Assembly (NCBI GenBank): GCA_028534125.1 | Contig: CM052818.1 | Coordinates: 186,001 to 248,000 of the forward strand | Length of the DNA stretch: 62,000 bases | Direction of reading: 5' to 3' | DNA from: Lama glama | Lineage: Eukaryota | In this document: piece after piece, positions 41,080 to 54,960 of the stretch | Layout of the letters: the number at the start of each line of letters is the position of its first letter | Numbering within the stretch: position 1 is the stretch's first letter | The notes under the pieces: model-generated | What the model was told of the DNA's origin: nothing | The model's database searches: none | The model's input: the letters and a program-made list of their open reading frames with translations, nothing else | Made by a program: the position numbers and the translations under genes

Positions 41080-42002
41080 GTATGTTCCATTCCATGCAAA
41101 TGCTTATTCTTATGGGTTCCAGAACTAGGAAGTCCAGAGATAGAGGGCATCCCCAGGTGTCGGGCAACAGGAGGTCAGTTCCAAAGCAGCAACGGCGGGT
41201 ATGGGTATGAAAGAGCAAGGTCAGTCTGCTCAGTGTGTGGAGTTGAATGAGGAGATGGTGGGAGATGTGCCTCAGTAGGACATTCTGAGGTCTGGATGAG
41301 GACTGAAAATCCAGAAAGTCTCTGAATGCAGAGAAAAACAAGATCAGCAGAAAGATGTTTATCCATTCAGTAAGTGCTATTGAGTACCTACTTTGTTTAG
41401 ACATCAGGACAGAGATCTGACCCTCAAGGAGCAAGTGGTACATAAGATCTACTCCACCTTCCCATTTCTTTAAGTACTAGAATTCCTGCTTCCAAGAGAA
41501 TAAATGCCAGGGTGGAATTAGCAAGGATGGCAAAGACCACTTTCACTGTTTCCTAGATCCTATCACATGCCCATGTACAGGTACCTGAGTAAGCTTGACC
41601 ATGAATGCTGCTGGGGAACCTTCTTAAGTGCATCCTTTTCTGAAATGCATCTTCTGTCAGCATTTTGCCACAAAAAAGCCAGGTCTGGGATGCAGATGGT
41701 TAACATACTGCTGTGTAATACGGTTGCTGCAGCAGGAGTGAATGGAACAGAATGAGCTCAGGAGAGGCAACACCCATCAGAGTCATGAAACCTCATGATG
41801 GCTGCGCCATTTAACAGGCTCTGAGACCCTGCTGTGGGCCAGAGACCTTGCTAGGTGCTGGCCATACTAAGCTGAGTAATTCACAGGCCCCAACCTAAAG
41901 GACTTCACAGTAGGGTCTTGGACTTAAGCTGAATTTAAGTGGATCTGGGTCAAGGTTCTGGATATCACTGAGGAGACTTTCACTGCCATTGTCTTTTCCC
42001 AG

Positions 42003-42144
42003 GGCTCTGAAATCCAGTGGGGTCTGCGAATCACTGACATATGGACTCCCATTCATCCTCAGACCCACCAGCTGTTGGCAGCTGGACTGGGATGAGCTGG
42101 AGACAAACCAGCAGCATTTCCATGCTCTGTGTCACAGCCTGCTG
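42003..42144 (+). CDS. M1AP: M1AP coding exon 6 (142 nt; absent from the ORF track)
   Basis: cttttcccag|(K)ALKSSGVCESLTYGLPFILRPTSCWQLDWDELETNQQHFHALCHSLL|gtgagt; phase 2/0. Confidence 0.96.
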
Positions 42145-42795
42145 GTGAGTACCCATGTCACCAGGTGAGGAAGAGGGCAAGTGTTAAAGCACCACAGAAA
42201 AGCAGCTAACTCAAGCCTGCCCTGATCCCAAACCTGCCCCAGTCCACAAGAGGACAGGAAAATTGGACGTCCTCTGAAACGTGGACGAAATATGAGTTGC
42301 CTTTGTTGGTTTCACGCTACCGTGAATAATTCCTGAAGTCAGTTATATGACACTAAACTTGAAAATCCCTAATTTTGTATATTTAAATGGCAACCAGAAA
42401 TTTTCCATGAGTAACTATATTTTAAACCCTATTTTCTTCCTATCATCATGCTGGACATTATGGTTTATTTCAATGAAGGGCACTTGGGCCAGACGTTGTG
42501 CCAAGCCCTAGATAGTCAGTCTATTACGATACACATTATCTACGGTCTCAAGAAATTTACTCTCTAATGGCAGAGGCGGGATTAAACATATATATTCTTA
42601 ATCGTGAGAAGTTTATGAAGGAAAAAAAGAGGCTGCTATAAATAAGTGAAGGTGACATTGAAACTGAGATCTGCCAGGTGAAATGGGAATTAGAAAGGTG
42701 AAGGGCGGCAAGAAGAGCATCCCAGGTGCCGAGAAGGGCATGTGCAGAGACCCCGAGTCTGGAAAGAGCTGGTCCTCGAATCTAGAATGGGGAGG

Positions 42796-43415
42796 GCTGC
42801 TTGAAGCTCGTGTCTGACATCAGCCCTGGATGGTAGAGCTTCTTGCTGATCTTGACCTTGTATCCGAGTTAGCTCTTCCCTCGGTATATGTTTAATACCC
42901 TGTGCTTATCTTTGACTTAAACCCCTGTTTACATGTGGCTCTCACTTGTAGTGTCTGAGGTAAGAACAAGTTTGTGAAAGAGAAATCCATTGGCTTGATG
43001 CGAATCCTGGAGACCCCAAGTCTCTTGATCTGTGTAGGGTATTAACATGTAAGAACCGCCGATTCCAGGATTTCTCTAGAAGCTGCAGGAGTCCTGAACC
43101 ATTGTCATTTCTGTCTCGCCGACCTGACGGGCTTGGGAAGGTCCGAGCCTTACGACCCACTTTCCTTTCTTACCCGATGTTTTCCCGCCAGGACACCGAG
43201 GGTTGTTACTTGCCTTGAGTTGGAAAACAGTTTACATTCACACATGTAAATTTATTCATCCTGTTAATTTATGTAAGGTTTTTGTACGCAATTCTCAATT
43301 CTTTAAGAGATGACAAACAGATTTTGGTTTTCTTTTGTCATGTGAGAACATGAGGCCTCAGCAACACGTCATTATGAGGAAATAAGAGTGCTGCAGTAAA
43401 TAGATCGGGAAAAAA
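42796..43415 (+). pseudogene. ACTG1: 5'-truncated processed pseudogene: 3'UTR of gamma-actin
   Basis: Colinear with the recalled ACTG1 3'UTR (cttgaagct.gt.tctga.atcagc..., tatgtaaggtttttgtacgcaattctc..., tgtgagaaca...cagcaacacgtcatt...aataagagtgctgc). It has a short A tail and a 12-bp TSD agaatggggagg (42784-42795 and 43416-43427). Confidence 0.88.
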
Positions 43416-43432
43416 AGAATGGGGAGGATTCT

Positions 43433-43593
43433 GGGGAGGGTATGGCTCAAGTGACAGAGCACACGCTTAACGTGCATGACGTTCTGTATTCGATCCCCAG
43501 TACTTCCCCTAAGAATAAATAAATAAATAAGTGAACCTAATTACCTCCCCCCACCAAAAAAAAATTCTAAAAGAAATAATAAAAAATTAAAAA
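43433..43593 (+). mobile_element. tRNA-derived SINE inserted at the ACTG1 retrocopy tail
   Basis: ggggagggtatggctcaagtgacagagc...cctaattacctccccc; flanked by aaaagaatgg(g/a)agga. Confidence 0.85.
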
Positions 43594-44589
43594 AGAATGG
43601 AAGGACCATTGTGACTGAAACAAAAAAAGCCAGGAAAGAGAGCCAAAAGATGGGGAGCCAAAAGTGAGCAGGGGTCGAATCACACAAAGCTTTGTAGGCC
43701 ACATTAAGGACTATTGGACATTAAGTACAGAAAGAAATCGTTAGAAAGGACATCATCCATTTAAGTTTTGAAGCTAGTAATTGTGCCAATATTTGGAAAT
43801 GAACTTTCAGACGCAAGAATGAAAACAAGAAAAATGAGGTAGGAGGGCACTTACAGGAGTCTAGACAAGAGATGGTTGTGGCTTGGACTTGGATGTGGGA
43901 AGTCAAGATGAGAAAAGTAAAACACATGTTTTAGAGAAAGAACTTGAAGGATTGGACGGTAGGGAGTGAGGAAGAGGAACGTATCAAATAATGGCCTGAT
44001 TTCTGATTTAGCATTTCCTGAAATGGAAAAACTAAAAGAGCTTATACATGAAACAGAAAATTTACACTCCATCTAGCAGTGTATTAAAACACAAATGTTT
44101 ATTAAAAAATTTTTTTAATTAAAAAAATATAAAAAATTAAAAATAAAAAATAAATAAAACACAAATGTTTAAATGCAAAATAAAACACCTGCAAATACAA
44201 TCCAAAGATTGTATAAGTGCTAACTGGGTGTGGAATAACAGTTTGACCCGGTAGGATATGGGAGATCAGGGCAGCACGGTAATGCATCTCTTTCACTATC
44301 AGAAACAGACTTCTTTTTTCCTGTTTCAAAGCCCACACTCCCTTTTAGCCCAGACGCCGCCCACTGAGTTCCTGTTTCCTATCTGAAGAACACGCATCTG
44401 TCTTTACAGAGCAGAGACCATAGATACCTCCTCACTGCTAAAGCCCAGCGGTTCCATTTCCTATGCCCAATTCTGCTTAATCCCTCAGGGTCTTGGGGAG
44501 CCCCTCGGGAGAAATTTCTCTCAAGGGACTTCAATACATTTTTAATTTATTTTTTCATTGAAGTATAGTCAGTTTGCAATGTTGTGTCA

Positions 44590-44696
44590 AAAAATACGGA
44601 ACGCTTCACGAATCTGCCTGTCATCCTTGCTCAGGGGCCATGCTAATCTTCTCTGTGTCATTTCCATTTTAGTACACGCACTGCTGAAGTAAGCAC
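44590..44696 (-). pseudogene. RNU6: Full-length U6 snRNA retropseudogene
   Basis: Reverse complement reads gtgcttacttcagcagtgcgtgtactaaaatggaaatgacACAGAGAagattagcatggcccctgagcaaggatgacaggcagattcgtgaagcgttccgtattttt. It is colinear with U6 but has many substitutions, and is flanked by the TSD caatacatt. Confidence 0.95.
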
Positions 44697-47381
44697 CAAT
44701 ACATTCTTATAGTACGTGATATTTTAAACACGTGCATTTTAATACGCTGCTAGATGGAGTGTAAATTTTCTGGAAAATGGCACCCTTCAACACTTCAATT
44801 CCAATGTTGAGAATATAACAGCCCAAGAAAACTATCAGAAATGGGAGCAAAGGTCTATATACCAGCATGCTTATCTCAGTGTTATTTACAATGGTAAAAA
44901 AAAAAAATTGGAGGGTATGGTTAAATAGAGAAGTGGTAAAATTGAAATAGGGGAAAGGTAAAGGGAACAGTAATTCAGCCAAACAATGAATACTGTGTAA
45001 CCATAATAGTTCACAATAAGGATGGGCAAGAGTATTCTCTTCCGTCTGGCTTATGTTAGGTAAGATCAGAGTCTCTCTGCTTCTGAACTCGGGGTTTGAG
45101 AATCTATAGTTATTTATTCAACAAATATTTATTGAGCACTGTGTGCCAGGTACTGTGCTAGGGGCCAGAGAGACCTCTTCTTGATCACTCCTCTCATGTG
45201 GAAACTCACAAGATGCAGTTGACCCATCACTAATAGATAACCCATTTTTTGTAGCACTTGCTAAGCGCTAGTCACTCAACCAAGCTCTTTGAGTACTTTA
45301 CCTCATTTAATCCTCGAGATAATTATGTGAGATAGAGATGGTTGTCCCCATTTTTACAGATGAAGAAGACTGAAGTCTGGAGAAATCAAGTAACTTGCAA
45401 AAGGTTACACAGCCACTGAAGTGGGCAAGTCAGAATTTGAGTGCAATTCAGTTGCCTGTATTAATTCATGCTTTGAACTCCTTGGCTAAATGCCCTTCTC
45501 CAGGTGTAGCCAGGTAAACACAGGCCACCACAGTGAGGGTCATTCTCCCTTCATGTACCACCCCACGCGTCTGTACTTCCCTGGGCTCAAATTCACTTAA
45601 ACTGATACTAGGTACTTGCTCCTTGCCCGTCTTGTGCTACTGTCCTCTCTACTCTGTGTTTGTTCCACCTCATTCAGATCCAAGACCAACACTCCTTTTC
45701 TGGGAAAGGGGGAGAAGCAAAATGGTGTTTGAATGGCTCTTCCTTCTTGCTTCTCACATGACATCTCTAAGCACCAACATTATGGAGGGAAGCATTCTTC
45801 ACAAGCTTCTGCTCATTCATTCAACAGCAAATATTTTTGGAGTCCTTACTATGTGACAAGACTTATTTAGAGACCTTCTTGGTCCTGTTATTACAAGTTT
45901 TCAGCACTTCCTTAACTCCCTCCTTGGTTCTGTATTCTTTCCTACACCTTTGTCATATGTCATCAGCTCCCCGCTTGAATCTCTTGACTTCTGTTCCTCT
46001 TCATGATGGTGTGATGTTCCCCTCCAGCTAATTTCTCATTCTGACTTCTGTCTTTCTGTTAATAGCAGCACCACCATTGTCTACTCACCCAGGCTTGAAA
46101 CCTCAGTCACTTTCAGCCTTCTCAGCCTTTACACCCACTTCATCACTAAGTCATATCAATTTTTTTCTCATGATGTGAATTGTAACTGTCCTTTCCTTCC
46201 CATCCCCACTGCTTGTTCTTACCAAGACTTCTTCAGTAAACTCCCAACTGGCTTCCCTATCTCTGATCGCTCCCTCTTCTGACTTGCACTGCGCATTAGA
46301 CCAGATTAACCCTGTTGGAGCATCCCCCATCACATATTGTTCTGTGACGCCAGAACTCCATGACTCAAGGCTTGCCTGCTCTAACCCCATAGCATCTACT
46401 GTGTATGTTTTGCCCTCTTCATTTTTATTATCACTCTCCTAGTTCAAGCCCCTTTTTACCTCTTTCCTTTAATACTGCGATAATCTCGTAATTTGTCTTA
46501 GTCTCTTTAGTGTTTCCCCTTCCCAATCCACTTTCCATACTGCCACCAGACTAATCCTATTGAAACACAGCACTGAACCTGCCACTCTTCAGCTTAAACC
46601 TATTTTGTGACTTACTATTAATTATACTTTAAAGTCTATATTCCTTACTCAGGTATTCAGACTCCAGCCTTATCTCCCATTATTTCCCTCCCTGTATCAT
46701 ATAGTCCATCCAAATTAACATACAAACTTTAAATCGTCCTGTCTTTGAACTTACATTCAACTTGGCCTTTGTCCTATCTCCATCTGTTCAAATCCCACCC
46801 CGTTCTGAAAGACTCAGCTCAGATGGGGCTTCTACAATGAGGCCTTCCTGGATGCCTATATTTATCATTAGACCTTTGTATGTTCTATTTCTTTTGAGAG
46901 AAAAGCATATTTTAATTAGTTTTTTAAATATATATCCTATGATTTGAGTTAAAGTCTATGATATGAATTTGACTACCCAGATTCCGGGATAACCTGGTTG
47001 CCTTTTCCTAGAGTTTCTACCATGTCTCCATTTTACCAGCTAATTCCTCCACCTTAGTCAAATTTAGGTTTAGAGTAGAAATTCTCCCTTTGTTATCTCT
47101 CTTTTTGGGGAGTCAAGGCAAGGCAGTTTTCTAATCTGTCTTGGTAAAGTATAATTTGTATTGTTCATGAAAAGCATCAGCTTCAGGCTTAGATGGCCCT
47201 AGATCCTGACAGCTTCACTATTTCCCAATTGTGTGAACTTTAGGCAACATACCTAACCTCTCTAAGCATCAGTGTATTTATCTATTTGTAACCCTAAGAA
47301 ATCTAGTGGCTCCATGTGGTTTAGTCTCTGCATAAATAATGTATACAGAAGCACTACCTAAATGACAAAAAGTAATTTTTA

Positions 47382-48191
47382 GCACATGAAAAAATGCTCA
47401 ATATCACTAATTATCAGAGAAATGCAAATCAAAACTATAATGAGGTATCATCTCACACCAGTCAGAATGGCCATCATTCAAAAGTCCACAAGTGACAAAT
47501 GCTGGAGAGGCTGTGGAGGAAAGCGAACCCTCCTACACAGCTGGTGGGAATGCATTTTGGTGCAGCCACTGTGGAGAACAGTATGGAGATTCCTCAAAAG
47601 ACTAGGAATAGACTTACCGTATGACCCAGGAATCCCGCTCCTGGGCATATATCCAGAAGGAACCCTACTTCAAAATGACACCTGCACCCCAATGTTCATA
47701 GCAGCACTATTTACAATAGCCAAGACATGGAAACAGCCTAAATGTCCATCGACAGATAACTGGATAAAGAAGAGGTGGTATATTTATACAATGGAATACT
47801 ACTCAGCCGTAAAAACCGACAACATAACGCCATTTGCAGCAACTTGGATGCTCCTGGAGAATGTCATTCTAAGTNNNNNNNNNNNNNNNNNNNNNNNNNN
47901 NNNNNNNNNNNNNNNNNNNNNNNNNNNNNNNNNNNNNNNNNNNNNNNNNNNNNNNNNNNNNNNNNNNNNNNNNNGGCGGGGGTGGGAAGGGACAGACTGG
48001 GATTTCAAAACATAGAATAGATCAACAAGATTATACTGCATAGCACAGGGAAATATACACAAGATCTTGTGGTAGCTCACAGAGAAAAAAATGTGACAAT
48101 GAATATATGTATGTTCATGTATAACTGAAAAATTGTGCTCTACACTGGAATTTGACACAACATTGTAAAATGACTATAAAACATATTTTTT
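47382..48191 (+). mobile_element. Young 5'-truncated L1 with TSD (contains N gap)
   Basis: Open ORF2 C-terminal frame ([17 protein letters not shown]...[15 protein letters not shown]); perfect 14-bp TSD aaaagtaattttta at 47368-47381 and 48192-48205. Confidence 0.93.
47875..47974. other. Assembly gap (100 N) inside a young L1
   Basis: Run of N. Confidence 1.
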
Positions 48192-51100
48192 AAAAGTAAT
48201 TTTTAAATTAACTTATATGTGCTTCCAAAGAACACCAAAGAGGAAATGGTTCTTTACCCACAATGATAGATCTCAAATTTTCTTTCTCCCCTCCTCAATT
48301 ATATCTAACCTGAGATGTTCCAAGAGCCTTTCGCACACACATGCACACAGAAACTAAAGCTCTTTCTACATCCCCACTCCAGGGACACCACTGTCCTCGT
48401 CTCTCTCGTAGACTGACTGAGCCTCTCTGACACAGTCCCCTCCCTCTGAGGTCCTGTCTCTCTCTGCCTATATAAAGTATCCAAGAACAGAACCACAAAG
48501 CTTCTCCTTTCATGAGTAGACGTGGAGTGGGAGAGAAGGCAAAAAGGGAGATGTGTGACACACACATATTAGTGACCCTTGTCCCTCTCACGTGTGAAAT
48601 AGAGACGGTAAAATATACCTCGTGTGGTTTTTAAAATGATTAAGTACTATTGCGTGTGTGAAGCACCTAGCGTATGTCTGGCATGTGATTTGGACATAGT
48701 GGTTGGTTAGTAGGTCTGCAAATTCCATCTGTTGCTTTTTTATGGATTCTAATTCTCTGGAGAAGTTCTCCATATTTTCATCTATTTTCTTGAACAAATT
48801 AATCATAGTTATTTTAAGGTACTTACCTGCTAACCTCAACACCTGGATCGCCTGTGGCCTTGTGTCTATTCTTTTTCTTCATTTGGTTTTCAGACATGTT
48901 GGTCCTGCCTTTTGGTTCACCTGGTAGTATTTTAATGAAAGATGCTGATTGTGCCTAAATAAATTGTAGAGGCTCCAGTTAGTGTTGGCTTCCTCTGGAG
49001 AGGGTTCATCCTGCCCTGCATGAAGCAGATAGAATGTTGGCAGATCACCCTTTTCCACCCAGGAGCTGTGCGGAGCCAAGACTGGACTGCAGTTCTGCTA
49101 AGGCTCAGTCTGCCCCTGGGTTGCTCCTGGCCCTGTGTATTGTGAGCGTCCCCTTCCCTTGAACGATCCCAACTCTAACCACTCTGTCCCAAGTCTGCTA
49201 GAACACTCCACTCCCAGAGGCTTTCTCTTTGGGTGTTTTTGCCCCCCTGCTCCATGCAGCCCCAGTATTTGGCAAATGTGCTGAGTGAGAAATCGGCCTG
49301 AGCACCCACCCAAGCCCTGCCAAGTCTCCACCAAAAGATTTGCTAGTTTTTTCTGTCCACTTGCAAGTGCCTTAGCAGGTGCAAATCCTAGATTCTCAGT
49401 TCCCACCCCACTCCCTCCAACTCAGAATCAACATATGCCCTCAGGACAAAAGAGGTTTCATTAACTCCCTCATCTCTCTGAGACTCAGCTACCTCTCCTT
49501 TTCATCGTCTCAGCACCTTCTCCCTGCATTCAGACAAATGGTGTCTGTATATTATTCAGTGTTCCTGATGGTTCTAGGCAGGAGAACCAGTCTTCCTCTG
49601 GCCATTCCAACCCACTCAGATGTAGAAGTAGATGCTCATTAAATGTTCATTTATTTATTCCCCCTTTGCATCCTTTATCTGATCAGACAGCCTATAGTAC
49701 ATTTTCTGGTCCACCCTCAGTTAGTTGGCTTGGCTCCACCACGTTCTCATTTTCAGGTTCCTGCATCTCCTTACAAGTATAAGCATAGCTCAGCTCATTC
49801 AGTGCTATCTCCTCCTCCACCCTCCTTTCAGAGCAGTTCTTCTGAACAGAGTGCACACTGCCGTAATTAAATTCAAAGCGACAGCCCCACCAGACCTCAT
49901 CAGCTCTAAATGTCGTGTGCCCTCTCAAAATGCACTTTAAGAAACTGCAGCCTTAAATGTCATTCCATTCTCTGGTTTTTCACTTGAAAATTGAAAGTTG
50001 GATTTTTATGTCCTCCTCACAAATTATTTTGTTTTATTTAAGTATTTTATATTTCAATTCCCTTTCCTCAGAAGAGTATCACTTTATCAGATAGCCAAGG
50101 CTCTTGATAATCCCATTTTCCTAGTCTTTTCCTGAAAAATATGTATCTACCCATTTCTATAAATTTCACTTTTAGTTCAATCCAGATCACAAGAGAGCCA
50201 TGTATTTTAACTGCATTCTTCAAATTTTCATGGACGTTTATCTAAGAATTATTAAATGATTTCAAATTTAACAAACATTATCTAATAATTATTAAATTTT
50301 AAAAGTTAACACTTCATGGTGCTTACTGTGTGCCTGAAACAGTTCTAAACACTTCATGAACATTAATTTATATTATCTCCATAACCATCCTATAAGGTAG
50401 GAATTATCTCTGTTTTACAGATGAGGTGGTTGAGGCCCAGAGAGGTTAAGTACTTTCCCAAGTTCACACAGCTAGTAATGGTAGAGCCAGGATTTAACCC
50501 AGAAAGATTGGCTGTAGGACCCAACTCTTAACTACTCTATAGCATAAGAAATTCATGATCATATTGACTGCAGGAGCTCTCTGAGATACATTCACTGCTC
50601 AGTAAGGACCCACAAGATAGCTTTTTCCAGACTTTATGCCTGGAAAAGCGGTGGGACTCCCTTCCAGGAAAAGTGGGTGGCTTACATTTTTATGATCTTG
50701 TCTAATCTTGGCTCTGTTATTGCCCTACCCTTATTTTTCCTTTGCCTGGATCACCTAAGCCCCCTAATTATTTTATATTTTTTTGTTGTTGCATTTTTCT
50801 AAACTTGGATTACTACTTTCTGGAATGTGGTAAGGAGTTTTATGTATATGTAATTTTTCCAAGTATGTATTAGATGAATTTATTCATCACCAGGAAAACA
50901 TCATTTCAATTACCAAATCATCCTGCATAGTCTCAGTTATGTAGCGAGTGACTCACTTTCCACATCCTCATTTCTCCTACAAAGTCATGTCTGTATGAAC
51001 TAGAAAAAGAAATGAAAATACCACCTAGGTCTTTCAATTTCCTACTTAAAATGTCAGAGTCTCTGGACACACATTCCAGAGATTTACGGGCCATGTCTGC

Positions 51101-52525
51101 CCTAATTGGCCACAGAACTGACAGAATTCAAGCCAAGATGTGTCCAGCAGGAGTCTGAGTACACAGGCAATGACCTGGTTGGGCTGTAAATGGGTGGGGA
51201 AATGGAAAGTCCTTGGTTATATTAGGCAAATATTCAAGAGCAAGAATCCAAGCTGAGAGTGGGGTGATGGCAGGTCAGGAGACTTTAAAAAAATGATCAG
51301 AATGAAGTTAGAATGTACAGTCTGCAGGGCATATAGACAGGGGTTAGGAAAGCAGGAGGGCAGCGGGCTTCCTGTAACCTAGCCTTGTCTGTTTCCCTTG
51401 CTGCATCTCTCACCACGCCCCTTCCATCCTCCACTCCAGCCACACTAATAAATTAGTAAATGTTTCCCAAATATGGTAAACTGTTTCATACTTCCACACT
51501 TTGTTTCATGCTGTTCTCTTCGCCTTCCCTCTATCCACCTGACTAATTTCCAGTTTTTCCAGATTCTGCTTAAATACCTTCACTATGAAGTTTTTCCTGC
51601 TTCCATCACAGCCTGCCTGCCCCCACTCATCATTTTTGCCCCTTCCCCACCCATGTACCTATTGCCGTATTTATTTTGACCTTCACAGAACTGATAAGCG
51701 GTATGAGTATGCACCTAGCTCTGTAAGAAATGTCACATCATTATATTTTTCTAAACCAAATTTTTTAAATATTAGTCCCCAAGCACTAGGATGGTGAAAC
51801 ACTCAGTATCTTTATGAGTGCCTCTCTAGGGTCATGCTCAGAATCCTAGTGGGGCTAACAGTCCAAAAAATGTGGCAAATGGCCCTTTGGTCTTCAGTAC
51901 ACCTCCAGTCCATCACTGAGTAGAAGCAACAGGGGCAGACATCTTTGTCTTGTTCCTAATCTTAGGGAGAAATCACCCAGTCTTTGACCACTACCTGTAG
52001 GCTTTTTAAGAGGCCTTTGTTAGGTTGAGGAAGTTCCACTCTAATCCTAGTTTTTTTTAATGTTTTTAACCATGAATTTTATCAAATGCTTTTTCTGCAT
52101 CTATTGAGATGATTATATAGTTTTGTCCTTTATTCTATTAATGCAGTGTATCACATTGCTCGATTTTTGGATATTAAACCAACCTTGTATTCCTAGGATA
52201 AATCCCACTTGTAGTGTGTAATTCTTTTTATACATTGCTGGATTTGGTTGGCTGGTATGTTGCTGAGAATTTTTACATCTATATTCATAAGGGGTATTGG
52301 CCTGTAATTTTCTTTTCTTGTGATGTCTTTGTCTGGTTTAGTATCAGGGTAATACTGGCCTCATAGATGAGTTGCAAAGTTTTCCTTCATCTTCTATTTT
52401 TTGGGAAGAATTTGTGAAAGATTAATTTTTTTTAAAGGTTTGATAGAATTCTACAGTGAAACTATCTGGGCCTTGACTTTTTTGGTGGAAAATTTTCTGA
52501 TTGCTAATTCTGTATCTTTACTTGT

Positions 52526-53034
52526 TGTGCAAAAAAAAAGTTAATATAGCAACCCTTAGATTCCTTTCCTTAGAAATTCCTGCTTGCAAGATGGACCCTT
52601 GGCTGGCATCTGGAAATTTGGATTTAGGGAGTGTTCCCCACCATTCCCTAAATAATGAGTGCCTAAACTGTGCAAAAATATGTGCTGACAACTGCTTTTC
52701 TTCTAGGAGTCTAGAATTTTGGTATGTACTAGTTACAGGGTGCCTACATGACCAGCCCTCCCAAAATGTTGGGCACTGAGTCTGTAATGACTTCTTCTGG
52801 GAGGCAGTATTTTACAGATGCTGTCACAATTCAGTGCTAGAGGAATTAAGTACATTCTGTGTGACTCATAGGTAGAGGACTCTTAGAAGCTTGCACCTTG
52901 TTTCCTATGCTGATTTTCCCTTGTACCCTTTTGCTGTAATTAGTCATATTTACGAGTATGACTATATGTTGAGTCCTGCTATTCCTCTCAGTGAATCACT
53001 GAACCTGGGAGTGGTCGTGGGGACCCCTGACACA
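52526..53034 (+). mobile_element. Solo LTR, MER68-like (ERVL class)
   Basis: Begins tgtgcaaaaaaaaagttaatatagca and ends ggggacccctgacaca (TG...CA termini). Family name is from recall. Confidence 0.7.
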
Positions 53035-53365
53035 GAATTATCCAGACTTTCTATTTTCTTTTGAATCAGTCTCAGCAGTTTGTGCCTTTCTAGGAATATG
53101 TCCATTTCATCTAAGTTACCTAATTTGTTATCACATAATTGTTTATAATATTCCCTTATAATCTTTTTAATTTCTGTTAGGTGAGTAGTGATGCCCCTCT
53201 TTTATTTTGATCTTAGTAACTTGGGTATTTTCTCTTTTTGCTTTGATCAGTCTAGCTACAAGTTTGTTGATTTAATTGATCTTTTCAAAGAATCAGCTTT
53301 TGGTTCCACTGATTTTCTCTATTATCTTTCTATTCTATATTTCACTTCTTTCTAATCCAGTATTT

Positions 53366-53447
53366 ATTTTTTAATGGTGGTACTGGGGATTGAACCCAGG
53401 ACCTTGTGCATGCTAAACACACTCTACCACTGAGCTATACCCTCCCT
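53366..53447 (-). mobile_element. tRNA-derived SINE (short form)
   Basis: Reverse-complement copy; direct repeat atccagtattt on both sides. Confidence 0.85.
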
Positions 53448-54489
53448 CCTGATCCAGTATTTTTTTTTCTTTCTTCTGTTTGCTTTAGGTTTAGTTTGGT
53501 CTTTTTCTAGCTTCTTAAGATGGAAGGTTAACTTATTGATTTGAGATCTTTCTTCTTTTTATTTTAATAGAGGCACTATCAGCTATAAATTTCCCTCTGA
53601 GCACTGCTTTAGTTGTATTTCATAAGTTTTGGTATGTTGTGTTTTTACTTACCCTCATCTCAAATTATTTTCTTATTTTCCTGGTGATGCCTTCTTTGAT
53701 CTCTTGATTATTTAGGAATTTATTATTTAATTTCCACATATTTATTAATTTCCCAAACATCCTTTCCTTCTTGATTTCTAATTTCATTCCACTATGGTCA
53801 GAGAAGATGCTTTGGAAGATTTTAATCTTTCTAAATGTATTGTAGCTTGTCTTATGGCCTATCACATGGTCTCTTCTGGAGACCGTCCATGTTCACTTGG
53901 GAAGAATGTAATATAATCTGATGTTTTGGAGTTTGAAGTCTCTTTTACCGCCTCCCCTTTGTCTCCTTCACGGAAGCCGGTGTGAGAGTAGTGCAGAAGA
54001 GGATGTTGCTGCTGCTTTTTCTTGCCCGGCCTTCTGGAGTGAGAGAATAAGCAAATAGTGCCGAGTTCACCTAATTGATTCCTGATGCCCTTCCAGTTTC
54101 CAAGACCCTCAGATACGCTTGGCTTCTCCATAACTAGCTGTGATTTCTCTTCCTAGATGCTTATGACAGTGAAATGTGTTTCTTCCCACAAGCGAAGCAA
54201 AGTGAGAGCTCTTGCTCTTCCCTACTCTGAGTGGTCCCCCCAGGAGCACTCCCACTTAGGAGCCGGTCAGAGCTTCTTTAATGGCTGAATTTGGTCCCAA
54301 GCCATCATACTGATGACAACCCAAAGGAGTGCTGGTTTGGTGAGATTAGAGCTTCTACCTGCTATAATAAATTCCCACTTGCCTTTCTGGCAAGGCCTAC
54401 ACCAACATCATTAAAGTTGTCCTTTCTACTCCTGTTTCCCCGTATACCCGGAAGTAAGTTACCACATCCTCTTCCTTCTTTTTGAAATC

Positions 54490-54960
54490 TGTAAAGGATT
54501 CTTTTGGCTGCAGCTAACAGAAAACCATCCCAACCGTACATTGAGTAATTAAGAGTTTATGTTCCTCATGTAACAAAGACTGTGGGGACAGACAGTTCTG
54601 GGGCTGGTGCAGTTGATCGCTGATCCGCCCCAGGACCCAGGCTGTTTGTATTTTCCCACTGCAGTATCCATAGCAAGTGTATTTCCTTCTTATGCCTGCG
54701 GCCACATGGTCACAAGGTGGCTGCAGCACCTTAAGACCAAGTCTTGAACTAGGGAGAAATGGTAGGGAGCAGAGCCAAGCTAGCATATTACAAAGCTTTT
54801 CCAGAAGCCCCACCCAGCAACTTCCACTGATGTCTCATTATTTAAGCTTACATCACATATCACCCCAGGCCAACCACTGAAAGACTGAGAAAAGGGTAGA
54901 AAAAAGGGAGAAATGTAGGGGAGAGAGGGAGCAGTGGCCAGTCAACCAGCAGTGTTAAAG
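54490..54960. mobile_element. MLT1-like (MaLR) LTR remnant
   Basis: ggattcttttggctgcagctaacagaaaacc...catggtcacaaggtggctgcagca...ccactgatgtctcatt resembles MLT1J/K text. Confidence 0.55.

Larger units (their letters stand above)
51925..53935 (-). mobile_element. Old L1 ORF2 remnant (endonuclease/RT side)
   Basis: - strand GHKTSYNTFRKIKIFQSIFSDHSGMKLEI (SDH motif of the L1 endonuclease); interrupted by an LTR and a SINE. Confidence 0.85.

Noticed and set aside
44590..44696. Functional U6 snRNA gene
   Set aside because: Many substitutions, fusion to an L1 tail, TSDs, and no evident upstream PSE/TATA promoter.
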